NCBI GenBank assembly: GCA_051890435.1
Contig: JBJFEF010000310.1
Coordinates: 1 to 53,654 of the forward strand
From: Muribaculaceae bacterium
GTDB taxonomy: Bacteria; Bacteroidota; Bacteroidia; Bacteroidales; Muribaculaceae
DNA length: 53,654 bases
Direction: 5' to 3'
Part shown: positions 17,300 through 27,069 of the stretch, piece by piece
Layout of the letters: each line of letters starts with the position of its first letter
Numbering within the stretch: the stretch's first letter is position 1
Notes under the pieces: model-generated
Database searches by the model: none
What the model saw: the letters and a program-made list of their open reading frames with translations, nothing else
What the model was told of the DNA's origin: nothing
Translations under genes and position numbers: made by a program

Positions 17300-20200
17300 A
17301 TGCAAAATCTAAAAACTAAAATAAAAATTATGTACCTGTTTAAATCCTGTAAAACAACGACGACGACAAACCGTGCTCGCCGTTCCTCTTTCAGGGCTTG
17401 GGCTCTCGCTCTGGCGCTTGTCGGCCTGCCCCTGATAGCTTGGGCGGATGTTACTGTGAGCGGTGTGGTAGTCGATGAAAACGACTCTCCCCTCATTGGT
17501 GTGAGCGTGCTTGTGAAAAAAACTAACGTGGGTACGGCTACCGATATCGACGGCCGTTTCTCTATCGTAGTCCCTAACCTCAAATCTCAGTTGCAATTCA
17601 CCTATGTGGGTTTTCTCACCTCCACCCTCGATGCAAGCCGAAACATGCGCGTGGTGATGAAAGAAACTTCTCAAAACCTCGACGAGGTGGTTGTGGTTGC
17701 CTATGGCAAGCAAAAGAAAGTCACCGTGACCGGTGCGGTTGCTGCCATCAGCAACAAGGAAATTCTCAAAAGCTCGGCTCCTAACCTCGGCGCTACTCTC
17801 GCCGGTAAGCTCCCGGGATTGACCACTATCCAGACTTCGGGTGAGCCGGGTCGCGACGATGTTACCATGTTCCTTCGTGGTGCCGCCACCACAAATGGTA
17901 CCTCGCCTCTTATTCTCGTTGACGGTGTTCCCCGTAACACAATCCGCGAAATCGACCCTAACGAAATCGAAACCGTCTCGGTGCTCAAAGACGCCTCCGC
18001 TACTGCCGTATTCGGTGTACGCGGTGCAAACGGTGTTATCCTTATCACCACCAAGCGCGGTAGCAGCGGTAAGCTCGAAGTGCAGCCTTCGGTGCAATTC
18101 AGCTTGCAGCAATTCGCCCGCACTCCCATGCGCGTTCACTCTTGGGACTATGTCCGCCTCCTCAATGAAGCTTGCGTCAACGACGGCGTTGCTCCCGAGT
18201 TTACCGATGATGAAGTCGCAATATTCGACTCCTGGAAAAACGGTGGACCCACCGACTTCGCCACTCGCTATTGGTACCCCGACAACTACTGGCGCGACAT
18301 CATCTTCAAGAGCACGTCCTACATGGTGCGCGGCAACGTCAATGTGAGCGGTGGTACCGACCGCTTGCGTTTCTTCGTTAATGCCGGTTATCTCTATCAG
18401 GGTGGTATGTACAACACCGAGAGCAAAAACAAACTCGGTTACGACCCTCAATCTACTCTCAACCGCTACAACTTCCGCTCTAATATCGACTACGACTTCT
18501 CAAGCCGCGTGAAAGCATCTCTCGATGTGTCAAGCTTCATTGAGAAAGTCAATGGTACCAACGGATTGAAGAACGTGATCTATGCCGATGCTCTTTCGGC
18601 TCGTCCCACTTCGCCCGGTCCGGTCACTGTCGAAGGGTTCGACGTTTATGACGGTCAGGTTTATCGCCCCGTGCGCCCCGACCAGGTGTTCCTGTCGTCG
18701 ATCAACGCTGCTCAGCCCGCCTACGGTCACATCAACCGCTCGGGCTACCAGCTCGAAACGCGCTCGGGTGTCGATGTCACCGGTAACCTCAATATCGACC
18801 TCGGCTTCATCACACAAGGTCTCTCTGTGAAGGGGCAGCTGTCGTTCCAGTCGCGCTCCATCAACACCACCACCGGCAGCAAGTCGTTCACCATCTACAA
18901 GTATGAGCGCAACGACCCGTCTCACCCAATTCCCTACTTCCTCTACGATGGCGACGACGACACCGACGGTCTGCTCTCTGTGAGCCGCGGCGTATCAAGC
19001 GGCTGGTTCCTCAATATGCAGGCTCAGCTCAACTACAACCGCACTTTCGCCGACAAGCACGCCGTGGGAGCTATGGTTCTTGCTCAGCGCGACATGAAGG
19101 AAGCTCGCGAAGACGAAGGTTATCAGGCAAAATATCTCCCATTCAATGTGATTGGTGTGGCTGGCCGACTCACCTACGCCTTCGATAGCCGCTATCTCGC
19201 CGAGTTCAACGCCGGCTACAATGGCTCCGAGCAGTTCGCTCCAAGCAAGCGCTTCGGTTTCTTCCCTGCTTGGTCGCTTGGTTGGGTTGTATCTAACGAG
19301 GCTTTCATGAAACAACAGGAAATTCTCAACAACCTCAAGCTTCGCCTCTCTTATGGTAAGGTGGGTAACGACTCTTTCGGCGGTTACCGTTTCCTATATC
19401 TCGACAACATCAGCAAGACCGGCACTGGTGCACTTCACGAGAATGTGCCGAGCATCATCGACGGCGTGAAAATCACCGAAGCCTACCTCGGAAACCCCGA
19501 CATCACCTGGGAAACTGCCTGGAAGCAGAATTATGGTGTCGATTTGGGCTTCTTCCACGATATGCTCAACCTCTCTGTTGACTACTTCCGCGAGAAGCGC
19601 AGCAACATCCTCATCAACCGCGGCACTGTCCCCGACGTGCAAGGTCTGCAATCGAGTGCTCTCCGTCTGGTCAATATGGGTAAGGTCGATAACCAAGGCT
19701 TTGAAATCAGCGCAAACTTCCGCAAAGACCTCGGCAACTCGCTCGTAATCAACTTTGGCGGTAATTTCGCCTACACTTCAAATATCGTGAAATATGTCGA
19801 TGAAGCGCCTCTCGGCGAAGACTACGCCTTCAACTATCGCGCCACCGGCTTCGCCCTCGGTCAGTGCTGGGGTTACCGCATCGACTACTCCAAGGACCTT
19901 GAGCACGGTCGTGACGGCTCTGGATTCTTCTACAGCGACGAAAGCATCGCCAAGAGCGGTCTCACCTACAACATCGGTATTCCAAAGCCCGGCGATTTCA
20001 TCTATCAAGACCTCAGTGGCGACGGTGTAATCGATGAGCGCGACCTCGCTCCTATCGGCTACTCTTCGATGCTCCCGAAAATCACCTACGGTATCAACCT
20101 CGGGGTCAACTTCAAGGGCTTCGACTTCTCTATGATGCTGCAAGGTGTGGGCAAATACTCCAAGCTCTACGCCGGATGGGGTATCGACGAATCGGCAGGT

Positions 20201-20554
20201 CCTAAGTCCTACAGCGATATGCACTTCGCCCGTTGGTCGGCTGAGCGTTACGCTGCCGGCGAGGAGATTTCCTATCCACGACTCTCCTACAACGCCTCAA
20301 CTTCTCACGTTGCCAACGACTTCTTCACCATGGACGCATCTTATTTGCGCCTCAAGAACATGGAGCTTGGCTACACTCTGCCCAATGCAGTCAGCCGCAA
20401 GATTGGTGCAAGCAACGTGCGTTTCTATGTGTCGGGTGAAAACATCTACACCTGGCAGCATCTCCGCACTAAGGCGTTCGACCCTGAGCAATCAGGACCT
20501 ACCACTTATCCCACAATGCGCACCTTCAACTTTGGTGTCAATTTGAATTTCTAA
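17300..20554 (+). CDS. susC: SusC/RagA-family TonB-dependent outer-membrane transporter (pair 1)
   Basis: It has a carboxypeptidase-regulatory-like domain (VSGVVVDENDSPLIGVSVLVKKTNVGTATDIDGRFSI). The plug region is DEVVVVAYGKQKKVTVTG...IETVSVLKDASATAVFGVRGANGVILITTKRG. The C-terminus is ...YPTMRTFNFGVNLNF. The start is ambiguous (ATG at 17300 or 17330; the track ORF begins at 17264). Confidence 0.95.
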   Translation: MQNLKTKIKIMYLFKSCKTTTTTNRARRSSFRAWALALALVGLPLIAWADVTVSGVVVDENDSPLIGVSVLVKKTNVGTATDIDGRFSIVVPNLKSQLQFTYVGFLTSTLDASRNMRVVMKETSQNLDEVVVVAYGKQKKVTVTGAVAAISNKEILKSSAPNLGATLAGKLPGLTTIQTSGEPGRDDVTMFLRGAATTNGTSPLILVDGVPRNTIREIDPNEIETVSVLKDASATAVFGVRGANGVILITTKRGSSGKLEVQPSVQFSLQQFARTPMRVHSWDYVRLLNEACVNDGVAPEFTDDEVAIFDSWKNGGPTDFATRYWYPDNYWRDIIFKSTSYMVRGNVNVSGGTDRLRFFVNAGYLYQGGMYNTESKNKLGYDPQSTLNRYNFRSNIDYDFSSRVKASLDVSSFIEKVNGTNGLKNVIYADALSARPTSPGPVTVEGFDVYDGQVYRPVRPDQVFLSSINAAQPAYGHINRSGYQLETRSGVDVTGNLNIDLGFITQGLSVKGQLSFQSRSINTTTGSKSFTIYKYERNDPSHPIPYFLYDGDDDTDGLLSVSRGVSSGWFLNMQAQLNYNRTFADKHAVGAMVLAQRDMKEAREDEGYQAKYLPFNVIGVAGRLTYAFDSRYLAEFNAGYNGSEQFAPSKRFGFFPAWSLGWVVSNEAFMKQQEILNNLKLRLSYGKVGNDSFGGYRFLYLDNISKTGTGALHENVPSIIDGVKITEAYLGNPDITWETAWKQNYGVDLGFFHDMLNLSVDYFREKRSNILINRGTVPDVQGLQSSALRLVNMGKVDNQGFEISANFRKDLGNSLVINFGGNFAYTSNIVKYVDEAPLGEDYAFNYRATGFALGQCWGYRIDYSKDLEHGRDGSGFFYSDESIAKSGLTYNIGIPKPGDFIYQDLSGDGVIDERDLAPIGYSSMLPKITYGINLGVNFKGFDFSMMLQGVGKYSKLYAGWGIDESAGPKSYSDMHFARWSAERYAAGEEISYPRLSYNASTSHVANDFFTMDASYLRLKNMELGYTLPNAVSRKIGASNVRFYVSGENIYTWQHLRTKAFDPEQSGPTTYPTMRTFNFGVNLNF

Positions 20555-20580
20555 TCTCAAATCTTCAAATTCACATAGCA

Positions 20581-22359
20581 ATGAAACTTCATAAATTTCT
20601 CATAGCCGCTTGTGCGGCACTGGCTACCTTCTCTTCGTGTAGCGACGCTCTCGACGCCACACCCGACGGTCGCGTGTCGATCGACGACGTTTTTGCCGAC
20701 CCCGACCTCTGCGCAGCCTATTTCAGCAGTTGCTTCAACTACATCCCTCAAAAGTCGGTGTGCTACTTCTGGTTCCAGAATTATCCCTGTGCCCTCACCG
20801 ACGATGGCTGGTCAAACGACGACACCAACGGCCCTATCCTTTGCTACAAGGGTCAGGCAAGTGCAGCCGATTTCCCTCTCGACAAATACTGGACTGCTAC
20901 TTTCGACTGTGAATACTGGCAGCACTACTGGCAGCAGATTCGCATCATCAACACTTTCCTCCAGCGAATCCCAACTGCCGCTGTGGCTCGTGAAGAAAAC
21001 CGCAACATCTGGACCGGTGAGGCTCACTGCCTCCGTGCGTTCTTCTATCTCCAGTTGCTCAAGTGGTATGGCGCTCTGCCTATCGTCACCGAGCCTCTCG
21101 ACAACAGCTACGACTATTCGCAGCTGCGCAAAGCTTCCTATGTGGATGTGCTCAAATTCATCTGCGACGACTGCGATGAGGCTTTGAAGAGCGACATGCC
21201 TTGGCACCTCGACAATATCACTCTCAAGTATCGCATGACCAAGGCTATTGCCCTCGCCATCAAGTCCGAAGCCTCGCTCTTCGCTGCAAGTCCGCTCTAT
21301 TGCGGTGGCGAAGACCTCTGGCAATGGGCTTATGAAATCAACAACGATTGCTACACTCAGCTCGTCAACCACGGCTATGAGCTTTACACCGAGATGCAGA
21401 CCGACTACTACAACTGCGCCTACGGCGAATATTTTGCTACAGCCAACTATTGGGGCAGCAACCCAATCGACAAGGAGACTATCTGGCAGTCCGATTTCGG
21501 TACTCACCCCTTCTGGTGGGTGTCGGGCACTCCTATTCAGGGTAACTACCTCTCGGGCACCGTCCCCTTGCAGGAACTCGTCGATTCCTACGATATGCTC
21601 GCTACCGGAAAGCCCGTTGTCGATCTCGAAAAGCCTTATCTCGATGAATATCACCTCGAGCCTAACTATGTGCCCGGCTCGGGCTACGACCCACAAAATC
21701 CCTATGAGGGACGCGATCCTCGCCTCGCTGCCACTGTGATATTCAATGGCAGCACCGTACAGAAGGGTGCTACCGTGCATAATGTTGAGACTTGGGTAGG
21801 CGGCAACTGCGGCATCAAGGATAAAGGTGAGCGCTTCAGCCACACCGGCTACTATCGCCGCAAATATGCCAACTACCGCAGCGGTAACGACGAAGGCAAG
21901 TGGAAATACTACCGCCTCGGCTGCGTGATGCTTAATCTCGCAGAGTGTGCCGTTGAGGTTGGCAAAACCGATCAGGCTATGCGCCTTGTCAACCAGATTC
22001 GACACCGCGCCGGATTCTCTTCGTCGGTCGATGTCAAGGCTGCAAGCGTCAATGAGGCTCGCCTCCTCGTGCGCCACGAGCGCCGTGTAGAGCTCGCCTA
22101 TGAGGAAAACCGCTACTTCGACGTCCGCCGCTGGACTCCCGAAGATCAGGATATGCTCTGCGAAAAATATGCCACCGGAATGGAAATCACCAAGACCGGC
22201 GTCAAGCTTTCCTACAAGCGCATTCTTGTGGGTACCGATGGCAGCGTCCCAAGCAAATACACCTATCAGGCTAAGTGGCACTTCTTCCCAATTCCCGCAG
22301 CCGAAGTGGCTCGTCTCAATGCCCTCACCGGCGAGAAATGGCAAAACAAGGGCTGGTAA
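20581..22359 (+). CDS. susD: SusD/RagB-family lipoprotein (pair 1)
   Basis: The lipoprotein signal is ...AALATFSSC|SD. SusD hallmarks are LRAFFYLQLLKWYGALPIV, NLAECAVEVG and RVELAYEENRYFDVRRW. It starts 26 nt after susC. Confidence 0.9.
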   Translation: MKLHKFLIAACAALATFSSCSDALDATPDGRVSIDDVFADPDLCAAYFSSCFNYIPQKSVCYFWFQNYPCALTDDGWSNDDTNGPILCYKGQASAADFPLDKYWTATFDCEYWQHYWQQIRIINTFLQRIPTAAVAREENRNIWTGEAHCLRAFFYLQLLKWYGALPIVTEPLDNSYDYSQLRKASYVDVLKFICDDCDEALKSDMPWHLDNITLKYRMTKAIALAIKSEASLFAASPLYCGGEDLWQWAYEINNDCYTQLVNHGYELYTEMQTDYYNCAYGEYFATANYWGSNPIDKETIWQSDFGTHPFWWVSGTPIQGNYLSGTVPLQELVDSYDMLATGKPVVDLEKPYLDEYHLEPNYVPGSGYDPQNPYEGRDPRLAATVIFNGSTVQKGATVHNVETWVGGNCGIKDKGERFSHTGYYRRKYANYRSGNDEGKWKYYRLGCVMLNLAECAVEVGKTDQAMRLVNQIRHRAGFSSSVDVKAASVNEARLLVRHERRVELAYEENRYFDVRRWTPEDQDMLCEKYATGMEITKTGVKLSYKRILVGTDGSVPSKYTYQAKWHFFPIPAAEVARLNALTGEKWQNKGW

Positions 22360-22407
22360 TTCCTCGCGTTATTCTTCAAACTTTTATTTAATGCTAATTC
22401 ATAGAAA

Positions 22408-25230
22408 ATGAAACGCAAACTATCATATATCATAGCTACCGCTTCTCTGCTGGTATCTTCTTCCGCCTTTGCGGCTCCTTCTGATACCGACTCGGTGGCT
22501 GAAATAGCTTTCGGTCAGAAAATCAAGTCGTCGGCTTTTGTCGGCGCCAAATCTACCGTTGCATCCGACATTATCGACGATTCCCGCTCGGTGGGTCTCG
22601 ACAAATCGGTGATGGGACACCTCTCCGGTGCCACAATGATTCAATCCTCATCTCTCCCAGGCGCCGACAACTGCGCATGGTATATTCGCGGCCTCGCTTC
22701 GGTCAACGGTAATGCTGTCCTCTATGTGCTCGACGGTGTCCCGGCTCCTACGCTTTCTCCTAACACTCTCGACCCCTCAACCATCGAGAGCGTCACCGTC
22801 CTCAAAGATGCTGCCGCAAAAGCCATCTATGGACCGCTCGGTGCACAAGGCGTGGTGCTCATCAACACTCGCCAAGGACATGCCGGCAAAACTCGCGTCA
22901 ATGTGAGCCTCAGCTATGGCATCAACGACAAGACCCGCGATTTCGAGCCTGTCAATGCTCTTGGATATGCCACTTTGCGCAATCAGGCTCTTGCCAACGA
23001 CGGCAAAGACCCTATTTTCAGCGCCGAGCAGCTCGATGCTTTCCGCAACGGCCAGGGCATCAACAACAATTGGAAACAAATGTTCCTCAAGAACACCACT
23101 TCCACTCAGCTCTACAATGTGAGTGCCGATGGTGGTACCGACCGCATCAAGTTCTACATCAATGCCGGTTTTGCACACCAAGATGGTATCTACAACTCGG
23201 TTGAAAACGAAAAATACAACCCCAATCCCTACTACAACCGATTCACCGCTCTCACCAATGTGAAAGTGAAAGTGTTCAAGCACCTCGATGCTGCCCTCAA
23301 CACCAATTTGCGCATCTATCGCAGCAATGGCAGCACCGTCGGCACCGGCACCATTCTGCACCGCGTCCTCACCACTCCTGCCACTGTGCCCGGTCCCTTC
23401 ACCGAAGATGGCTTGATTCTCACCGACGAGAATTTTGCCAACCCTGCCTATGGTAGTATCAACAAATCGGGTTACAACAAATCGACCGGTACTGATGTCA
23501 ATGCCAATTTCCGCCTCGACCTCGACATGAGCTTCCTCACTCGCGGTCTTTCGGCTCACGCCATTGTGGGTTATCATTCCTACTACACAGGCGCTATCAT
23601 TGGTTCCACCGACTACACACGCTACATCCTCGATATGGATGGCAACCCGGTGCAGTTTGGCTCTAATGCCGATTCTCCTCTTTCACTCGGCAAAAGCTCC
23701 AACACTGTCTATTTCATGAACGTCCAAGGTTCGGTTAACTACGACCGCACATTCTTCGATCGCCTCAGCGTAAATGCAGTGGCAAATTACCTCGCCGAAG
23801 ACCGCATCTCCACAGGCTTCGATTCCAAGAGTGCGCTGCCCTACCGCCGCATTCAGTTTGGCGGTCAGCTCCACCTCGGTTGGGACAATCGCTACTTCCT
23901 CCAAGGAACAATCACCGATGCAGGCAGCGAGGAGTTCTGCAAGGGCAACCAATATCACGTTTCCACCTCAATAGGTGGCGCATGGGACATCGCTCGCGAG
24001 CACTTCATCGATGCCGACTGGCTCAAGACGCTCAAGCTCCGCGCTTCTTATGGTGCTCTGTGCTACGACAACATCTATGCCATCGGACGCTTGCTCTATA
24101 GCAGCGAAATCCGCCAGCAGAGTGGCGCAGGCCTCATTCAAAGCCTCTACACCGCCGCTCTCATTCAGGAATACCAGCTTGGCAATGCCGCCATCTCGTG
24201 GGAGAAATCCTATCAGCAGAATTATGGCATCGACCTCGCTCTCGGTTGCGGTTTCAACGCAAGTTTCGACTACTGGAAAACCATTCAGAAGGGCGTCATC
24301 GGTCGCGACAACTCCAAGCCGGGCATGACGGGTATCTCAAGCAACAATCTGCCCTACGAGAACATCGGTCGCGTGGTAAGCCACGGCTACGACCTCTCTC
24401 TCGAGTATCGCAAAGCCCTCAATTGTGGTCTCAAAATCGGTGTCACAGGTATTCTCAGTTACAATACCAACCGCGTGGAAGAAATTGGTGAATACGACCT
24501 TGGCATCAGCGATTACGCCTATGCCTATCGCACCACCGGATATCCCATCGGTCAGCAATTCGGCTACATTGTCGATTACAGCAACGGTAATGGCTTCTAC
24601 AACACTCAAGAGCAGCTCGATGCCAATCCACTCTCCTATGAGGGCGTTCGTGCTCCGCGTCTTGGCGACTTAATCTATAAGGACCTCAATGGCGACGGCG
24701 TTATCAACGTGAAAGACCAAGCTCCACTCGAGGGCACCCGCTCTCTCCCCACCTACAGCTTCAGCCTCAACCTCGATGCCGCTTTCAAAGGCTTCGACCT
24801 GAGCATGTTCTGGCAAGGCTCTGCCGGCAAGTCGTCATATTATAGCGGCGTGGGAATCCACGAGGATTATGAGCAGGGTGTCTTCTCTCCGATCCACGAA
24901 AATGCCTGGACTGCCGAGCGTTATGCTGCCGGTGAAGAAATTTCCTATCCGGCTCTTTCCACCGGTGGTGCTCTCAGCCTTGAGCAAAACGACTTCTTGG
25001 TATCGAAAAACGACTATGTGCGCTTGAAGAACCTCGTCGTTGGCTACACTTTGCCACAATCAATCACTATGAAAGCTGGCATTTCAAGCCTCCGCGTCTT
25101 CTTCTCGGGCGAGAATCTGCTCACCATCACCAACTTCAAGTTCAAGAAGTTTATCGACCCTGAGCAGGCTTCGGTCACCTCTTATCCCATCTACAAAACT
25201 TTCAACTTTGGCTTAAACGTAAACTTCTGA
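22408..25230 (+). CDS. susC: SusC-family TonB-dependent transporter (pair 2), lacking the N-terminal carboxypeptidase-regulatory-like domain
   Basis: The signal peptide runs directly into the plug (IESVTVLKDAAAKAIYGPLGAQGVVLINTRQG). The C-terminus is ...SYPIYKTFNFGLNVNF. At 940 aa it is shorter than the ~1085 aa of pair 1. Confidence 0.9.
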   Translation: MKRKLSYIIATASLLVSSSAFAAPSDTDSVAEIAFGQKIKSSAFVGAKSTVASDIIDDSRSVGLDKSVMGHLSGATMIQSSSLPGADNCAWYIRGLASVNGNAVLYVLDGVPAPTLSPNTLDPSTIESVTVLKDAAAKAIYGPLGAQGVVLINTRQGHAGKTRVNVSLSYGINDKTRDFEPVNALGYATLRNQALANDGKDPIFSAEQLDAFRNGQGINNNWKQMFLKNTTSTQLYNVSADGGTDRIKFYINAGFAHQDGIYNSVENEKYNPNPYYNRFTALTNVKVKVFKHLDAALNTNLRIYRSNGSTVGTGTILHRVLTTPATVPGPFTEDGLILTDENFANPAYGSINKSGYNKSTGTDVNANFRLDLDMSFLTRGLSAHAIVGYHSYYTGAIIGSTDYTRYILDMDGNPVQFGSNADSPLSLGKSSNTVYFMNVQGSVNYDRTFFDRLSVNAVANYLAEDRISTGFDSKSALPYRRIQFGGQLHLGWDNRYFLQGTITDAGSEEFCKGNQYHVSTSIGGAWDIAREHFIDADWLKTLKLRASYGALCYDNIYAIGRLLYSSEIRQQSGAGLIQSLYTAALIQEYQLGNAAISWEKSYQQNYGIDLALGCGFNASFDYWKTIQKGVIGRDNSKPGMTGISSNNLPYENIGRVVSHGYDLSLEYRKALNCGLKIGVTGILSYNTNRVEEIGEYDLGISDYAYAYRTTGYPIGQQFGYIVDYSNGNGFYNTQEQLDANPLSYEGVRAPRLGDLIYKDLNGDGVINVKDQAPLEGTRSLPTYSFSLNLDAAFKGFDLSMFWQGSAGKSSYYSGVGIHEDYEQGVFSPIHENAWTAERYAAGEEISYPALSTGGALSLEQNDFLVSKNDYVRLKNLVVGYTLPQSITMKAGISSLRVFFSGENLLTITNFKFKKFIDPEQASVTSYPIYKTFNFGLNVNF

Positions 25231-25241
25231 CATATACTACT

Positions 25242-27008
25242 ATGCTGAATCTCACCAAGACATCCCTTTTTATTGCCTCGTGTGCCACTGCTGTGGCTGC
25301 ACTCATGGCAAGCTGCACAAATATCGATGAAATCGACGATGGTCGCCTCACCGACAAAGCTGTGTTTGGCAACCCGAAAAAGGTTGCCGGATACCTCAAC
25401 TATTGCTACGCCAATCTCACCAACCGCGGTCTCGTTCTCGAAGGCAACACTATGCTCGCCGCCTATTGCGACGAAGCCTACGACGTGTACGACCAGCTTA
25501 ATGGTGCTCCCGAGCAGTGGATGGCTGGCCGCGTCACTTCGTTCAACTGCCCCATCTCCAATCCCGGTGACTGGAGCAATTGCTATGAGGGTATTCGCAA
25601 GTGCAACAAGTTTATCGAAAACATCGACGATGCCGTCACCTACGACGAGGACGAGCGCGAGAGCTTCCGTGCACAAGCCTACGGTCTCCGTGCCTACTAC
25701 TATCTCTGCCTCATCAAGAACTACGGCGGTGTGCCTCTCATCCTCTCCAACATTGGCGTTGATATTCCTGCCGATACCAAGCGTGCCTCTTTTGCCGAGT
25801 GCGCCAGGCAGATTATCAGCGACTGTGAGAAGGTGCTTGAAGTGAGCGACGACAACATTCGCCTCACATGGTTCTCGGGTACTATCGAGGACGACCGATA
25901 CCGCTTCAGCAAGGGTATGGCTTGCGCCATCATGTCGCAGGCTGCCCTCTATGCCGCAAGTCCGCTCAACGCTGCCGATGGCAACTTCTCTTGGAGCGAA
26001 GCTGCACAAGTCACCAAACGTGCTCTCGACCTCTGCCTTGAGCATGGATATGAGCTTTTCACCACCGCTCCCACCAACAATGCAGCGCTTTCGTGCTACG
26101 ACCTCTACTTCACCATGCGCTCCGACGTGCAAGGCGTTATCGACAAGGAAACAATCATGGAGTCTAAAAACCAGCTCTCTGTTTGGTCTGACAATGGCTT
26201 GCCTTCGATTCTCGGTCAGGTGAAAGCCGGTGCTTGTCCCACTCAGGAACTTATCGACTCCTACGAAACTACCGACGGCAAAATGCCTATCCTTGGCTAT
26301 GCCGACGCTCAGCACCTGGAGCCTATTTTCAACCCCGAGGCTACTCGCTATAATGAGCAGGCTCCCTACAACAATCGCGACCCACGCCTTGAGTCCACAA
26401 TTTATCACTACAACTCTTTGTTTGAGCCCGGCAGCAAGGTGAAAATCGACACTCGTCCCACCGGTGCCTACGCGCCTTCTGAATCGAGCATCCGTAACAC
26501 CCGCACAGGTTACTATCTGCGCAAGTTCTTCGGCTACAAGTCCGACCGTAGTGCCAACTACGACGGCTACTTCAAGATTTTCCGCCTCGCCGAGCTTTAT
26601 CTCAACTATGCCGAGGCCCTCAATGAGGCTTCGCAGGGCAACACTCCGCAAGAGGCGCTCGATGCCATCAATGCAGTGCGTGCTCGCGTAGGTATGCCGG
26701 CTATCGAGGCTGGTATCAGCACCGACGATTTCCGCACCCGTGTGCGCAATGAGCGCCGCGTGGAATTTGCTTTCGAAGACCAGCGATTCTACGACGTTCG
26801 CCGCTGGATGATTCTCGACCAAGACAAAGTGGTTACCGGCATCAAAGTGATTCCGGGTAAGCTCGGTCGTGTCACCTACGAGCGCGTTGTCGTGAGCGAT
26901 AATCGCGCTGCCACTTCTGAGAAGTATCTGCGCCTGCCTATCCCCGGCACCGAAATCACAAAGCTGAAGACCCACACAGGTATCGACTTCCAGAATGAAG
27001 GGTGGTAA
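25242..27008 (+). CDS. susD: SusD/RagB-family lipoprotein (pair 2)
   Basis: The lipoprotein signal is ...VAALMASC|TN. SusD hallmarks are LRAYYYLCLIKNYGGVPLI, LYLNYAEALNEA and RVEFAFEDQRFYDVRRW. It starts 11 nt after susC. Confidence 0.9.
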   Translation: MLNLTKTSLFIASCATAVAALMASCTNIDEIDDGRLTDKAVFGNPKKVAGYLNYCYANLTNRGLVLEGNTMLAAYCDEAYDVYDQLNGAPEQWMAGRVTSFNCPISNPGDWSNCYEGIRKCNKFIENIDDAVTYDEDERESFRAQAYGLRAYYYLCLIKNYGGVPLILSNIGVDIPADTKRASFAECARQIISDCEKVLEVSDDNIRLTWFSGTIEDDRYRFSKGMACAIMSQAALYAASPLNAADGNFSWSEAAQVTKRALDLCLEHGYELFTTAPTNNAALSCYDLYFTMRSDVQGVIDKETIMESKNQLSVWSDNGLPSILGQVKAGACPTQELIDSYETTDGKMPILGYADAQHLEPIFNPEATRYNEQAPYNNRDPRLESTIYHYNSLFEPGSKVKIDTRPTGAYAPSESSIRNTRTGYYLRKFFGYKSDRSANYDGYFKIFRLAELYLNYAEALNEASQGNTPQEALDAINAVRARVGMPAIEAGISTDDFRTRVRNERRVEFAFEDQRFYDVRRWMILDQDKVVTGIKVIPGKLGRVTYERVVVSDNRAATSEKYLRLPIPGTEITKLKTHTGIDFQNEGW

Positions 27009-27069
27009 CACTATTTTTTACTTATAATTTTTGCCGTTTTTGAAATAAAAGAGTATTTTTGAGGAGAAT

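Noticed and set aside
20812-22344. A 510-aa minus-strand ORF opposite the first SusD gene. Similar cases are 17309-18451 (-), 22777-23577 (-) and 31936-33612 (-).
   Set aside because: All lie wholly inside well-supported plus-strand genes, lack recognisable domains or signal peptides, and have biased V/A/G/E composition typical of shadow frames.
25191-27011. A 606-aa minus-strand ORF almost exactly coextensive with the SusD gene at 25242-27008.
   Set aside because: It is an antisense shadow ORF. Its product is low-complexity (V/G/A/L-rich) with no motifs, while the plus-strand product has clear SusD hallmarks. GC-rich third positions suppress stop codons on the opposite strand.
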